The position numbers and the translations under genes are program-made. A DNA stretch of 64,000 nucleotides from the NCBI GenBank assembly GCA_052327205.1, contig CM126233.1, positions 35,960,001 to 36,024,000 on the forward strand, given 5' to 3'. The notes beneath the pieces were generated by a model. That model did not search any database, was not told the DNA's origin, and saw only the letters and a program-made list of their open reading frames with translations. This DNA is from Somniosus microcephalus. Taxonomy: Eukaryota. Each line of letters opens with the position of its first letter. Positions within the stretch are counted from its first letter, which is position 1. This document shows positions 1 to 11,995 of this stretch, piece by piece.

Positions 1-542
1 TGTAGCTTTGGACACTACAGATTTTTATTAGCAGTCATTCAAGTACTTCACCGAGAGAGTACCGAGGGCATCCATACACTTTTGTGGAGACTAGGTGGTG
101 CAGTGACTAAGTGGTGCAGTAAGTTAGACACTAGTTTTTTCCCCTTTCTGGGACTTGGGCTCAAATTCAGTAAACGAATGAGATGCAGCACAGAGTGCCC
201 TGAATTTCCACTAAACTGACCATCTCACTGAGAGGAGCCACAGGGTGGCTGGTGTGCGAAATGGAACAAGTGTCACACTGGTGCAGCAGACATGCTTTTT
301 TGACACCAAGGCCAGTGCACATTGCTGGGGAATAATAGCAGGGAGCTTTACTCTGTATTTACCCGAGTGCTTAATACTGACTCTCGGTGTCTGAAATGAA
401 AAGAGTAACATCTACAACCTTCGAGGTGACAGGGCATACGACACCAGGAAACTCTGTGGACCCGCACCCATTATGAACAGGGTTGAGGTTGCTCAAAGTA
501 ATTTTGCATCAGCTGGTTAAAGGAAGGAGCGAGAGATGAAAC

Positions 543-810
543 TGTCACCCCATCTGAAATAAAAACATGAAACGCTGGAAATACTCAGCGGGTCAGGCAG
601 CATCTGTGGAGAGAGAAACAGAGCTAACGTTTCAGGTCGATGGCCCTTCGTCAGAACAGAACAGGGAAGGTCATCGACCTGAAACGTTAACTGTGTTTCT
701 CTCTCCACAGATGCTGCCTGACCTGCTGAGTATTTCCAGCATTTTCTGCTTTTATTTCAGATTTCCAGCAACTGTAGCATTTAAAAAAAAAAAAAATGTC
801 ACCCCATCTG
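543..810. mobile_element. Hairpin (inverted-arm) Penelope terminal-repeat derivative with poly(A) and 14-bp target-site duplication
   Basis: TGTCACCCCATCTG at 543-556 and 797-810; A-run 783-796; arms ~552-650 and ~667-762 are reverse complements; same sequence as the 3' terminal region of the GIY-YIG elements at 1345-1845 and 33205-34473. Confidence 0.8.
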
Positions 811-1034
811 TCTGGCTGTGTTCAAATAGAGGTGAAAACACAGTGTTTTAACCCACATGGGTACCACAATGGTCCCTTAGGATTAGATCCAAAAAACACA
901 TTCACGAGTGACTAGATTCAAACCAACAACTTTAATGCAATGGATCTTTTAACGACTATATATATATTGAGCTCACAATCCAGAACACGGCTCGGTTATA
1001 CAACAGCATATACATCATTAAAAATAAACCTTAC

Positions 1035-1188
1035 CGTCCTGAGCCCCAGGAATACACCGTCCAATCAAAGCTCAGCAGGAGAGCATGCTCAGTCCCAAGT
1101 GCCAGCTTTCTTGCACAAAGCAGTGGTGACAATGGTTTGTAAAATGGAAGAGATGTTGTAACGTAGCCACCAGGGACCAGTGGAAGTG
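1035..1188 (-). CDS. rccd1: RCC1 domain-containing protein 1, coding exon 3 (gene continues beyond left edge)
   Basis: cag|CA...CG|gtaagg; (A)LPLVPGGYVTTSLPFYKPLSPLLCARKLALGTEHALLLSFDWTVYSWGSG(R) resembles recalled human RCCD1 [25 protein letters not shown]...VFSWGGGR; phase 1 in, phase 2 out. Confidence 0.92.
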
Positions 1189-1344
1189 CTGTGAGGATGA
1201 AAAAGAGAGAAAGTATGTGTTTTCCCTCTGCTATTCCCCAGTAATGAAAGGAATTACACAACGGAGTCATATAGAGCAGACGACCCAAGGTTTGATTCAC
1301 GGTCCGTGCCGAGTTAACTAATTTATCTGGACAAACAACAGGGT

Positions 1345-1845
1345 GCTTTGCGGAACACCTCCGTTCAGTCCGTAAGGGTGACCCTGAGCTTCCGGTCGCC
1401 TGTCACTTTAATTCTCCGCTTCACTCCCACTCTGATCTCTCTGTCCTCGGCCTATTACATTGTTCCAATGAAGCTCAACGTAAGCTTGAGGAACAGCACC
1501 TCATCTTTCGATTAGGCACTTTACAGCCTTCTGGACTCAAAATTGAGTTAAACAATTTCAGACCATAACCCCTGCCCCCATTTTTCAGGCAGTTTATGAT
1601 TTTGCCATTCCCATTTGCAACATTTCATTCTCTCCTGCCTCTACCCTAGCACAGAATGTTCCTTCCTCCCCCCCCCCACCCTGTCTCTGCACCTGCTTAA
1701 TACCTGTTACATCTCCAGCCTTTTCCAGTTCTGACGAAGGGCCCCAGACCTGAAACGTTAACTCGGTTTCTCTCTCCACGGATGCTGCCTGGCCTGCTGA
1801 GTTTTATTTCAGATTTCCAGCATCTGCAGTATTTTGCTATTGTGA
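1345..1845 (+). mobile_element. Penelope-like element 3' fragment (GIY-YIG C-terminus plus terminal repeat with hammerhead motif)
   Basis: FAEHLRSVRKGDPELPVACHFNS...RKLEEQHLIFRLGTLQPSGL, near identical to the ORF end at 33584-33913; CTGACGA...GAAACGTTAACT at 1727-1763. Confidence 0.85.
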
Positions 1846-2577
1846 CAGGGCGCTCCCGATGGCCTTCGTGCCCCCGAGAGCAGTAACGCAGCCCAATTTC
1901 CCACTACTATGCAGCAATTCCAACTCTCAACACACAATAACACTGCACACACACAGATCTGTCAGCATCTGTAAGACAACGTTAAGGTACTGGATGTGGA
2001 CCCTTCACACCTAAATGTGAACTTTTTCTTCTCTTCTCTTTACAGACGCCGGGAGACCTGCTACAGTTTCCCAGAATTTTCTGTTTTTACTCCTGCTTCC
2101 TAAGGGGCAGCGAGGCGAAGTGTAGCACCCCTACCACCTTGGCACTGATCAGGGAGTGAACCCCAGACCGTCTGGGCTATAAGACTTGGCGCTAGCTTCA
2201 GCCATGCATTCACCCAGCAAGCCACATCGGCGAGCTTTCACTCTCTTAAATGGGTAAATGAGCGTTGGTGCATCAGCCCGACACCTTGTGTAATCAGAGG
2301 GGAGTATTAACAAATCGAGTATCATTTACATTGGGGCAGGTACATCACTCATTGCTCCCTCTACACAATAGCTCCCATTTAATTCCCTGCGTTTATTCAC
2401 TACATAAAGACGAATTGTGTGGGGTATTAGGACATTTGTCCAGGAGAATCGTGTTGATTGCAGAGCATGTTTAGACAGCCGCTGTACTACGGGATTATAG
2501 GCAAGAGAATAGCAACTCCTCGATCACAAATACAGCTTACATTTTGTTCTCAGATGTTGGATTTTCTGCTGGCTGCT

Positions 2578-2930
2578 GTAGAAACATAGAAGATAGGAGC
2601 AGGAGTAGGCCATTCGGCCCCTCGAGCCTACTCCGCCATTCAATGAGATCATGGCTGATCATCCAAATTCAGTACCCTGTCCCTGCTTTCTCCCCATATC
2701 CCTTTAGCCTTAAGAAATATATCTAACTCCTTCTTGAATATATTTAATGAATTGGCCTCAACTGCCTTCTGTGGTAGAGAATTCCACAGGTTCACCACTC
2801 TCTGGGTGAAGAAATTCCTCCTCATCTCTGTCCTAAATGGCTTACCCCTTATCCTTAGACTGTAACCCCTGGTTCTGGACTCCCCCGCCATCGGGAACAT
2901 CCTTCCTGCATCTAGTCTGTCTAGTCCTGT
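2578..2930 (-). mobile_element. CR1 LINE 3' fragment
   Basis: RT C-terminal peptide RRNFFTQRVVNLWNSLP, conserved CR1 3' UTR and short tandem tail. Confidence 0.85.
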
Positions 2931-4259
2931 TTGACCCAACGACGATGAAGGAACGGCCGATATATTTCCAACTCAGGATGGTGTGTGACTGTACAGTGTA
3001 CCCAGCTTACAGCTACAGGAGTTATGACAGGAACGTATACATGTCATGCTGCACGGGCACGGAATAAATTAACTGCTTTTCCCGGTGCCCTGATGCGCAC
3101 TATGCCTAATCTAGACAGAAATTATTCACTCACCGTTGAGTTTTAGTTACAATACTCAATAAATAAGTTAGTTAATACAGCAGGTGTAACAATTGTAGGG
3201 TAATGTTATTCACTAATTTAGTGCTGGGGTCACAATCCTAACCAACGTCTTGTTCGAGAGCTGCTCCATAAAATGCTTTATTACAAATAATGGGACGTGG
3301 GTCTGCACCCGTGATTCGCCAATTGGTCAGATCCTGATTTCAGCGACGTCATTGTGGAGGCAGGCCACCTCCCCGCAGGAAGAGAAAGAAAACAAAATCA
3401 ACAGCTCTATTACAGAGTGCCACTTTAACAGGGCGCTTCAGTCACTGCGCAGACGTTGCAACAGGTCTGTCTCTTTTTGCTGGGACGGCAACAACGTTGA
3501 ATCCTAAGCTTGGTCAGCACAACTAAGCTTCAGAGATCACGAATGGAGGCCAAAAGTCACAAGGAGCAGCAAGTCTTCCGAGGGCCAAAGAGGAAGGGGC
3601 CATATTGCTTTAAGGAAGCTTTAAGTCCATTACGTCAGTGAAATAAACTGGAGGTTAGATGAACTTGTGAGCCAGCACCATCAATGAATCCAATTCCAAT
3701 AACCATCATCCCACCTCAATCTCTCCACCAGACTATCAAAGTGTTTATACTTTTATTTCGAGAAACCTAGGCGCTTAAGAGAATTTAAGTAAAAGGCAAG
3801 AAGCTGTGGCAGCAAGGCTCGACTAGCTCCGCTGGCTACAGTAATAAGCAGCTCAGCTACACAGACTCGAAAGCTCAGGTTCAATGCAGTCTGTGCGGAG
3901 CGAGTTGCACAGCTGGTAGGGGTACTACAATCGACTTTAATTACAGTGCCTGTACCAGGAGGGAAGGAAAAAAGCACGTTTTAAAATAAAATCAGTCAGG
4001 ATACCTGCTCCAAATCCAGTAACCGTAACTAAAAGGGCAGATGTAGATGTAGGACAAGGCCAGTGATCAGGCTCAGAGGCAATCCCCACCTCGGACTGAC
4101 ACTGTGTCACTGGGTAAGTACTGAAGTGGCACCCATGCAAACACACCCAGCAAGGCATCAATAGCCTGGGAGGGCAAAAAATGAGAGATAAACAAAGGAT
4201 AGCAGCAGTAGAATTAGGGAAGGGGTGAAGACCCTGCATTGCATCCTGATTTACTGTAC

Positions 4260-4496
4260 CTGTACTTGGCCTCTCCCCCTCCTTCAGCTGCCTTGTCCAA
4301 GTCACGTCTCCCGTGGCCGCTCCGGAACACCAGAGGTTTTGGATATCCCGGCATTCCACTCTGTCCTGCCACAGCATGAGCAAGTATTTCTCCGAGGACA
4401 GGATGTCTAGGCAACCTGGATGACCTTGGTTACTAATGCACATCTGTTGCCAAGGGCGACCTCCGACAAAACCCCAGAAATAAATAGATCCATCAC
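4260..4496 (-). CDS. rccd1: RCC1 domain-containing protein 1, coding exon 2
   Basis: ttccag|GT GAT GGA...ACA G|gtacag; open 237 nt, phase 1 to phase 1, bridges exons 1 and 3; GDGSIYFWGF...CLDILSSEKYLLML; divergent region, donor less certain. Confidence 0.75.
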
Positions 4497-4977
4497 CTGG
4501 AACAAAACTGAGACAAAGTTAATGAGATGGAACTTGTTCTGGGGGGTTTAATTTGATCTGCAAAAGGATAGAATGGACCATTATATTATACAATCAATGA
4601 TACAGATCTGTAAACCTGTATTTTTCCCTCTCCTGAAGGTACTGGTCCCAGCATCACTCCTGGACATTCAAGGACCAAATTTCATCTCAATTCAAGCATT
4701 GCTCTTTCCAGTGCAGGTGCAATGGGTTAAATGGTCTCCTGTGCTACAACTTCTATGATGTATGGAACAGGGAGTATTGACAAGAGATTTCAAGACTGAG
4801 ATTGGTAGATTTTGTTAGGTAAGGGTATCAAGGGAAGTGGAGCAAAGGCTGGTAAATGGAGTTGAGGTACAGATCAGCCATGATCTAATCGCATGGCGGA
4901 ACAGGCTGAATGGCTTCCTCCTATTCCTATTTACCCATGGGGAGCATTAAGTCAGAGTCCAGTCCTTCTCCCACATG

Positions 4978-5365
4978 AAAGACTTGCATTTCTATAGCAC
5001 CTTTCACGACCACCGGACGTCCCAAAGCGCTTTACAGCCAGTGAAGTACTTTTTGAAGTGTAGTCACTGTTGTAATGTAGGAAACGCGGCAGCCAATTTG
5101 TGCATAGCAAGCTCCCACAAACAGCAATGTGATAATGACCAGATAATTTGGTTTTTTTAGTGATGTTAATTGAGGGATAAATATTAGCCGGGACACCGGG
5201 GAGAACTCCCCTGCTCGTCTTCAAAACTGTGCCATGGGATCTTTTACATCCACCTGAGAGAACAGGTGGGGCCTCGGTTTAATGTCTCATCCGAAAGTCG
5301 GCACCTCTGACAGTGGAGCGTTCCCTCAGCACTGTACTGGGAGTGTCACCCTAGATTTTTGAGCT
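4978..5365 (-). mobile_element. Deu-domain tRNA-derived SINE (SacSINE1/AmnSINE-like)
   Basis: Central GATGAGAC.TTAAACCGAGGCCCC...AAAAGATCCCATGGCAC block and L2-like tail AAAGCGCTTTGGGA...GCTATAGAAATGCAAG; >10 copies in the window. Confidence 0.8.
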
Positions 5366-5689
5366 ACGAGGAAAAATAAGCTCATGCTGTACAGACTAGA
5401 GAAAGTTTAGGAAGAACCTCAAAGTGGTTTATAAAATATTAAATGGTAATATTACTTCAAAGAAAGCCATGAAAGTAGGTCAGGTGGATATCAGATTAGC
5501 TTACTAAAAAATCTTAAAACAGGTAAGAATTCTTTTTTTTAACACAATAGTGATGTGTTTGGAATAATCCTCCGGAGGCAAGAACATTAGGGCAATTCAA
5601 AATATAGATGGATGCTATCATGGAAGAGTCAGAGTCATAAAAGAGCGAATGTCAATGGAGTAAATGGCTGCTTCACAGCCTTTGTCTTA

Positions 5690-6150
5690 TTTTTATATTC
5701 ATGGGATGTGGGCGTCGCTGGTAAGGCCAGCATTTATTGCCCATCCCTAATTGCCCTAGAGAAGGTAGTGGTGAACCGTTGCAGTCCGTGTGGTGAAGGT
5801 ACTCCCACAGTGCTGTTAGGGAGAGAGTTCCAAGATTTTGACCCGACGACGATGAAGGATCAGCCAATATATTTCCAAGTCAGGATGGTGTGTGACTTGG
5901 AGGGGAACTTGGAGGTGGTGGTGTTCCCATGTCTGCTGCCCTTGTCCTTCTAGGTGGAAGAGGTCGCGGGTTTGGGAGGTGCTGCCGAAGAAGCCTTGGC
6001 GAGTTGCTGCAGTGCATCTTGTAGATGGTGCACACTGTAGTCACGGTGCACCGGTGGTGGAGGGAATGAATGTTTAAGGTGGTGGATGGGCTGCTTTGTC
6101 CTGGATGGAGTCGAGCTTCTTGAGTGTTGTTGGAGCTGCACTCATCCAGT
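5690..6150 (-). mobile_element. LINE 3' fragment (CR1-group, Zenon-like; family uncertain)
   Basis: Peptide LNIHSLHHRCTVTTVCTIYKMHCSNSPRLL followed by tail GGGCAATTAGGGATGGGCAATAAATGCTGGCC...GCCCACATCCCATGAAT. Confidence 0.65.
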
Positions 6151-6197
6151 CTATCTATATCCAAGATGCGCACTCACCTGGGGACACGCACACTCAC

Positions 6198-6438
6198 CTG
6201 TCAGACACGCAGAGTGGCTCCAGGAAGGGCGGATTTTGGACCCGGGGTCTCTCCCCACCGGACACCACCCGGCGCCGGGCCTCCCCTCGCTGCCCACCTC
6301 CGGCCCCTCACGGCTCTCCTCCGGGCCCGGGCCGCAGGCGCTCACCTCGCGGGGCTGCAGGACGCTCCCTCCCCCGCTGTTAGTAATCTGCCCGAATCGG
6401 TTAAACCCGAAGCCAAACCAACGCCCGGGGGCCGCCAT
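6198..6438 (-). CDS. rccd1: RCC1 domain-containing protein 1, first coding exon (in CpG island)
   Basis: ATG at 6438, MAAPGRWFGFGFNRFGQ...IRPSWSHSACLT G|gtgagt; resembles recalled human RCCD1 N-terminus WFGFGFCGFGQ...SASWSYTAFVT; RCCD1 is the co-oriented downstream neighbour of UNC45A in human. Confidence 0.92.
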
Positions 6439-6461
6439 TCCCCGCCAGGCGGACAACCGGC

Positions 6462-6630
6462 CGACCTCACTCCCAGCACCCTCCGCTCCCCGCGACCTCA
6501 CTCCCGGCATCCTCCGCGACCCCACTCCCGGCATCCTCCGCTCCCCGCGACCTCATTCCCGGCACCCTCCGCTCCCCCCACTCCCGGCATCCTCCCCGCC
6601 CTGCGACCTCACTCCCGGCACCCACAGCAC
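6462..6630. repeat. Short degenerate ~31-bp tandem repeat immediately upstream of the rccd1 ATG
   Basis: Unit CTCACTCCCGGCA(T/C)CCTCCGCTCCCCGCGAC repeated about 5-6 times. Confidence 0.7.
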
Positions 6631-6678
6631 TTTCTCCTATTTGTAAACAAGCTGACCAACAGGACAAAATTCAGTGAC

Positions 6679-6684
6679 TTTATT
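6679..6684 (-). terminator. Candidate polyadenylation signal of unc45a (a second AATAAA at 7512-7517)
   Basis: AATAAA on the minus strand followed by a GT/T-rich stretch. Confidence 0.45.
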
Positions 6685-7659
6685 GCTGGATATTTATATA
6701 TAATTGCAGCAGTAGTTTCATTACTGGAAGGATTACACCTTGAAGTGGATCATTCCATTACTTTATATGTGCAAAAGTAATAGAGAGCATAATATACAAG
6801 ACTTATTCAGGAATGATGCAGACTGTGATACAATGCATACAAGCCAGGTCACCAAGTTGGACCAGGATCAAGGCCACGCCCACCAAACCACAAGAACAGT
6901 TTATCACATAAATTCTTAAGTTTGCCTCCTGCAGGATTTAACTTAGGGAATGTATACAATTATTGTGATTTTTAAATTACTTTTCTGATTGAAACTCCCT
7001 CGACACAGACGTGATGGGCCTCCATCTTGTGCTGTAAACTTCTACAACATGCTAAAAGTAATCTGTAGCTTTTCTGGAGGATAAGTGGGTGAATGTCTTG
7101 CCTGGTGTGGTAATAACCCATATAGGCGGTGTGATGCAATGTCAGTCATATGATTTACCTCGGCCAGCATGCGAGGGCATTGAACCTCTTCCTGCACATT
7201 ACATGGTGGGGGGTGTTGAGGTGGAGCCAGGGCAGTAGGTCAGGGGAGTGAAGAAGTGTTTAGCCATGATGGCCATGGTGGTGTGGGGCAGGCTTGCTGG
7301 GCCACAGCTGGTCTTTTCCTGCCCGTCAATTTTGTATGTTGCATATATCTCACCCTAAATATAAAAGGCACTAACCCGCAACAGCGAGATTAACAACCAT
7401 CACCTCACAGTACGGCCCACGTTCCGAGCTTTGAATGATTATGGTTAATTAAACACAAGGCATCAATACTGATGATACTCAATCTTCATTTAACTTAAGT
7501 GAAAATAATGATTTATTGTGCGAAGTGACAAAGCTCAATGATAATTAAACCGGCTCATCATCTTACCTCTCACGCAGGCAGCTGGTTGATAGAGAGCCAC
7601 TAATTCTACTAAGTGTGTGCATTCACACAAGTTTAGCATTGACGTTTCTGTTGTGAACG

Positions 7660-8050
7660 AGAGGTGATCTTATCGAAACATATAAGATACCGAGGGGGCT
7701 CGACAAGGTAGATGCAGAGAGGATGTTTCCCCTTGTGGGGAAATCTAGAACTCGGGGGCACAGTCTCAGAATAAAGGGTCGCCCTTTTAGAACTGAGATG
7801 AGGAGGAATTTCTTCTCTCAGAGGGTCATAAATCTGTGGAATTCTCTGCCCCAGACAGCCGTGGAGGCTGGGTCATTAAATACATTTAAGGTGGAGATAG
7901 ACAGATTTTTGCAAGATAAGGGAGTGAAGGGTTATGGGGAGCGGGCTGGGAAGTGGCTTTGAGCCCAAGATCAGCCGTGATCTTATTGAATGGCGGAGCA
8001 GGCTCGAGGGGCCAAGTGGCCTATTCCTGCTCCGATTTCTTATGTTATGA
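7660..8050 (+). mobile_element. CR1 LINE 3' fragment
   Basis: SRTRGHSLRIKGRPFRTEMRRNFFSQRVINLWNSLP plus CR1 3' UTR and TTCTTATG-type tail. Confidence 0.85.
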
Positions 8051-9321
8051 ATTTTCTTTTAAATCCAAATATCTATGGGTATTTTCTTTTTAGAATCTAA
8101 ACATTTAACCTACGCTTAAAACAAGCACCATATCACTGCGACATCTCCGAGCTGTTCATCTAATGAATTACTTGAAGTGCAGTCACTGTGGTTTTATGGG
8201 TAAACACAGCATGTTCCCACAATGAGAAGAGTGAGCGGTCATTGCCGCTTTTGCTTTGGTGACGTTAGCCGAGGAAGATGGGTAGAAATCCCTGCTCTTC
8301 TGTTGAACAGTGCCAGGGGGATCTTTTAACATCCACCAGACGGGGCCCGTGGTTGAAGAGCTGAACCCTGGCCCTTGCAGTGGCAGCACAGATTAGACCT
8401 TCAAAGCACGATACAGGGTTCAAACCCACAACCTTCTGGCCCACAGGTGAATGTGCAACGAACTGAGCCCAACGGTATGTGTAAAATATTATCGGATTCA
8501 ATAAAGGCGCCGTGTACTATACCAGTAATCAGTGAAATATTCTGCTCCTTTCAAAACTCAGAGCTTCCCCCAGCCAGACCAGAAGCAGATCTACATCTCT
8601 GTTCCACCTGTGTTAGCGTTCCATCTAGTTTGTGGTTCCTTCTTAACTTTATATTGAAGAAAATAGTGTGACTTTTTTTTTCTGCATGATCCTGCATTCC
8701 TCGGTCCGAGTTAGCAGACCCCAGCTGGGGAGGTGAAACTGGCTTCATTCAGCAACCCGGGGTTGGGCGGCGGGAGAAATCAGCCAGAAGCCCTCCACCC
8801 TCTTGTCCAGTGACCCGCGGGAAGAGGACAAGATCACGCTCGGCTGCGATGGCCTCCACGGCCAATTAGCCCGCTAACTCGCACTGACAAGAGTTCACAG
8901 ATCGGGAGGGGTCATTTGGGCGGGGGGAGACGACGACGAGGAGAGGTTGCGGGTGGCCATGGAAACGAGCCAAAAAGCTGGCAGCTGTTGGAGAGGTGGG
9001 AATGAACAAAGGGTAAAGGATTCTGACCCGCACACGGGGAGAACGGGTTCTCCTAAAGTGACTGACTGACACTGCAGGAAAATCCCGCTATACCTTAATT
9101 ATACATCCCATGTTACACGAGCCAAGCCCTGCCGCTGTTGGTACTGATGCTGGTCACAGCGAAGGACTGTGATCGAAATATTCAGTACTCTGCTGTAAAT
9201 AAAGGCACTGTGTAGGACGGATTACCCCAAGATCATTCGTTAGCAGTGTAGCGCACAGTGGGAGTGCTTCTCGCCTGCAAGCTGGCCTGTCTCTCCCTGG
9301 AATGCCCCGCGTTTGCACTCA

Positions 9322-9594
9322 CTACGGGCTGGTCCCCTCCACGTTGGGCTTTATTAGTCCGTACTCCATGGCTCGGGCGAGGCAATCCTTGGCAGCAGCT
9401 GACACTTTGCACTTCTTCTCATCGCCGTCCCTGGTCAGAGCGGACAGGATTTCCAACATCTCCGTCTCCATGAGCAGGGCTGCGAGCTCCCGCTCCGCGC
9501 TCATCACGTTGAGCGCGATGACGAGCCCTCGGTGCTGCAGGTCGACATTCGAGCTCAGCACGAGCGCCTGCAGGATCTCCAGCCAGTGGGTTGT
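9322..9594 (-). CDS. unc45a: UNC-45 myosin chaperone A, exon 20 (last, includes stop)
   Basis: cag|ACA ACC CAC TGG; [23 protein letters not shown]...[16 protein letters not shown]. Confidence 0.96.
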   Translation of the reverse strand, partial: TTHWLEILQALVLSSNVDLQHRGLVIALNVMSAERELAALLMETEMLEILSALTRDGDEKKCKVSAAAKDCLARAMEYGLIKPNVEGTSP

Positions 9595-9794
9595 CTGTCG
9601 GGGAAGAGAGAGTAAAACACAAAGATGTCACTTTCAGCTGCAGTTCAGATTCGTTTCAAAAGGAGCAGACGTGAGAGAGAACAGAACCGTGCCAATTATC
9701 TCTCCTCGTCCAGTTCCTGCGGAGCTCCACAGACACTGGCTGCTCTCCTAGTGATTGATCTCCGACTGTGAGCCTAGACAGTGAGTGTCTGCAA

Positions 9795-10075
9795 GACCAC
9801 CTCTTCTTGCCTTGAATATCTCTTAATGTCTCTCAATCTCTCCTGCTTTCTATCCTATCACTGACCTTCCCTTCTGTTCTTTCATCCCTGCCCCCTCTTC
9901 CCAGCCCCTACACTTGCTTTAAAATCTGTCCCCTTTCCTGTTTTTTTTCCAGTTCTGACGAAAAGGTCATCGACCTGAAACGTTAACTCTGTTTCTCTCT
10001 CCACGGATGCTGCCTGGCCAGTGTTTTCTGTTATTTCGGATTTCCAGCATCCGCGGTATTTTGCTATTGTATTAG
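9795..10075 (+). mobile_element. Penelope terminal-repeat fragment with hammerhead motif
   Basis: Closely matches the reverse complement of 33205-33440; AGTT-CTGACGA-aaAGGTCatcGACCT-GAAACGTT-AACT at 9951-9988. Confidence 0.8.
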
Positions 10076-10117
10076 TGTCTGCGGGCTATTTGATCAGGAG
10101 ATGTATCATAGCCGATT

Positions 10118-10450
10118 GGCTGTGGCTCAGTGGGCAGCACTCTCGCCCGAGTCAGATAGGTCGTGGGTTCAAGTCCCCACTCCAGGGACTTGAGCACAAA
10201 AACCCAGGCCGACTCTCCCAGTGCAGTGCCGAGGGCGAGCCGCACTGTCGGAGGCGCCGTCTTTCGGCTGAGACGTTAAACCGAGGCCCCGTCTGCGTAA
10301 AAGATCCCGCGGCACTATTTCGAAGAGGAGCAGGGGGGAGTTCTCCCCGGTGTCCTGGGCCAATATTTATCTCTCAACCAACATCACTAAAGTAGATTAT
10401 CTGGTCATTGTCACATTGCTCTATGTGGGAGCTTGCTGTGCCCAAATGCG
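10118..10450 (+). mobile_element. Deu-domain tRNA-derived SINE
   Basis: Pol III A box TGGCTCAGTGG, B box GGTTCAAGTCC, Deu block. Confidence 0.8.
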
Positions 10451-11839
10451 AGTCTTTCTTCTTTCGGCTAATCCTATTCCTCACTTGATGTCTGTAGTCA
10501 TGCAACCTTTCAGCAGAGGTCACTAGGTAGTGGCCAAGAGCAGGGACCTCAGGCTGAATTTCCGCCCACACCCCCATCCAAACAAGGCAGCACAGTTGGT
10601 GTTCTGGCTGAGAGAAGATGGCTTTCCACAGGCAGGGGATCAAACCTGGGAACTCCCGGCACAGTAATACATGGGGCTGTGCATTTAACCACCGCATCAT
10701 CGTGGACCGTGCGTTTTCCAGAATAGCTGCAGTTTCCCCACCCCTATTTATAATCCCACAAAAGCTGCCATCTCGACACTGCCCCCTGTCGGCAGAGGCG
10801 GTGCTCCACTGGCTGTGGACCTCACGGGGAGTCGAACACTCTCAGCACAGGGTGCTCCACCTGGTGGTTCATCCAAGAATTGAAATTACAGAACGATACC
10901 GAGCGACAAAGGTATTCCACACAATTCTCACTGCCTGATCACAAAGTGCCAGTCGCCGCTCAGTGTCGATTTGTGACACACAGTGCAGGACGAGCCTACG
11001 TTTGATCACCAGGTCGTCTTGTTCTGGGTCCCTTCACTTTGTGCTGGCATTTGACTCAGCTATTTTGCTCCTGAACGTTTTGCGCGATCAATAAAATATT
11101 GCAATACCACACACCCCTACCCCCGCAAAGGAAGCGCGGCATTACTGAAGCGCGCAGGTCCAATCCCCAGACCGTGCGGATTTAGAGGGCCTCGGGGGAG
11201 GGGAGGGCGGGAGGCAGCAGGAGCTACAATCAGCCTCAGTGGTCCTGGATTGTGGAACTGAATAAACACCATCAGCCAGGCTTCCCGACTGCTATCCAGC
11301 GCCCCTGCTGGAATGAGCGTGTGGATGGCGACAAGTTCATTGCTGCTGCCCCCCTTGGTCGAATATCTTGCTGACAGACACTGTCTCGGCTCACACGTGA
11401 AGATACCATGGGGGGGGGGCGACAGGCATTTGCACCCCAGCCAGGAGTCAGCGCCCTCGGCAGAGGAGGGGAGAAGATTGCAAGCAGGACAAAAAAGCCT
11501 CTGTCTTCTAGAGGGAAGCTGGAGGGAGGTGAGGAATGAGTAAGTAGGAGGCAGGGCGACGAGCCTGGAGTGCAGCACAGGGAGGATGCAGGGTGACCTA
11601 AGAAAACTACTAGGCACTTGGTCTAAGCGTTAAACAAAGCTTTAATCAACTGTTTTACAACATGGAGGTCTAGTTGTGTCCTTCACTAGTTCCTGTTAAT
11701 GTCCTGCGCAAGCTGGGCCCGTGCCCGAGTATTTATACTCTCCTTGGACAGCGCCACCCGCAGGCTGCTCAGTATTATTTCATAAGTCTTTCTTTCATGA
11801 ATGACTGATTCATGTCACAGGGTGTGTAGAGGCACTCAC

Positions 11840-11995
11840 CGCCTGTGTCATTTTCATACAGAGTTTGGGTTGCAGCGATGTTAAGAAGGCGACAGCTCCC
11901 GCAGCCGCACACCTCAACTTCTCGTCATCTTCACCGCTGTACAACACCAGCAGCTTCAGGCGATCTGTCCCCTCAGCCAGGAACAGCTCCTGCAC
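11840..11995 (-). CDS. unc45a: UNC45A exon 19
   Basis: ttcag|GTG...GCG|gtgagt; [27 protein letters not shown]...KMTQA. Confidence 0.96.

Noticed and set aside
6341-6346. Strong internal donor GAG|GTGAGC in the first rccd1 coding exon
   Set aside because: Phase 0, incompatible with the phase-1 next exon, and it would drop the conserved SWS motif
8690-8900. Faint recurring motifs (GAGTTAGC.GA.C.CAG..., CAGCCA...CCAGTGACCC...GAGGACA) also near 19720-20000, 27080-27360, 29100-29300, 49440-49690 and 52900-53200
   Set aside because: Probably an old degenerate SINE family; too diverged to delimit or name by eye
10118-10185. tRNA-like sequences with A and B boxes (also ~43280, ~49200, ~54335)
   Set aside because: SINE heads continuing into the SINE body; no complete cloverleaf or terminator, so not tRNA genes
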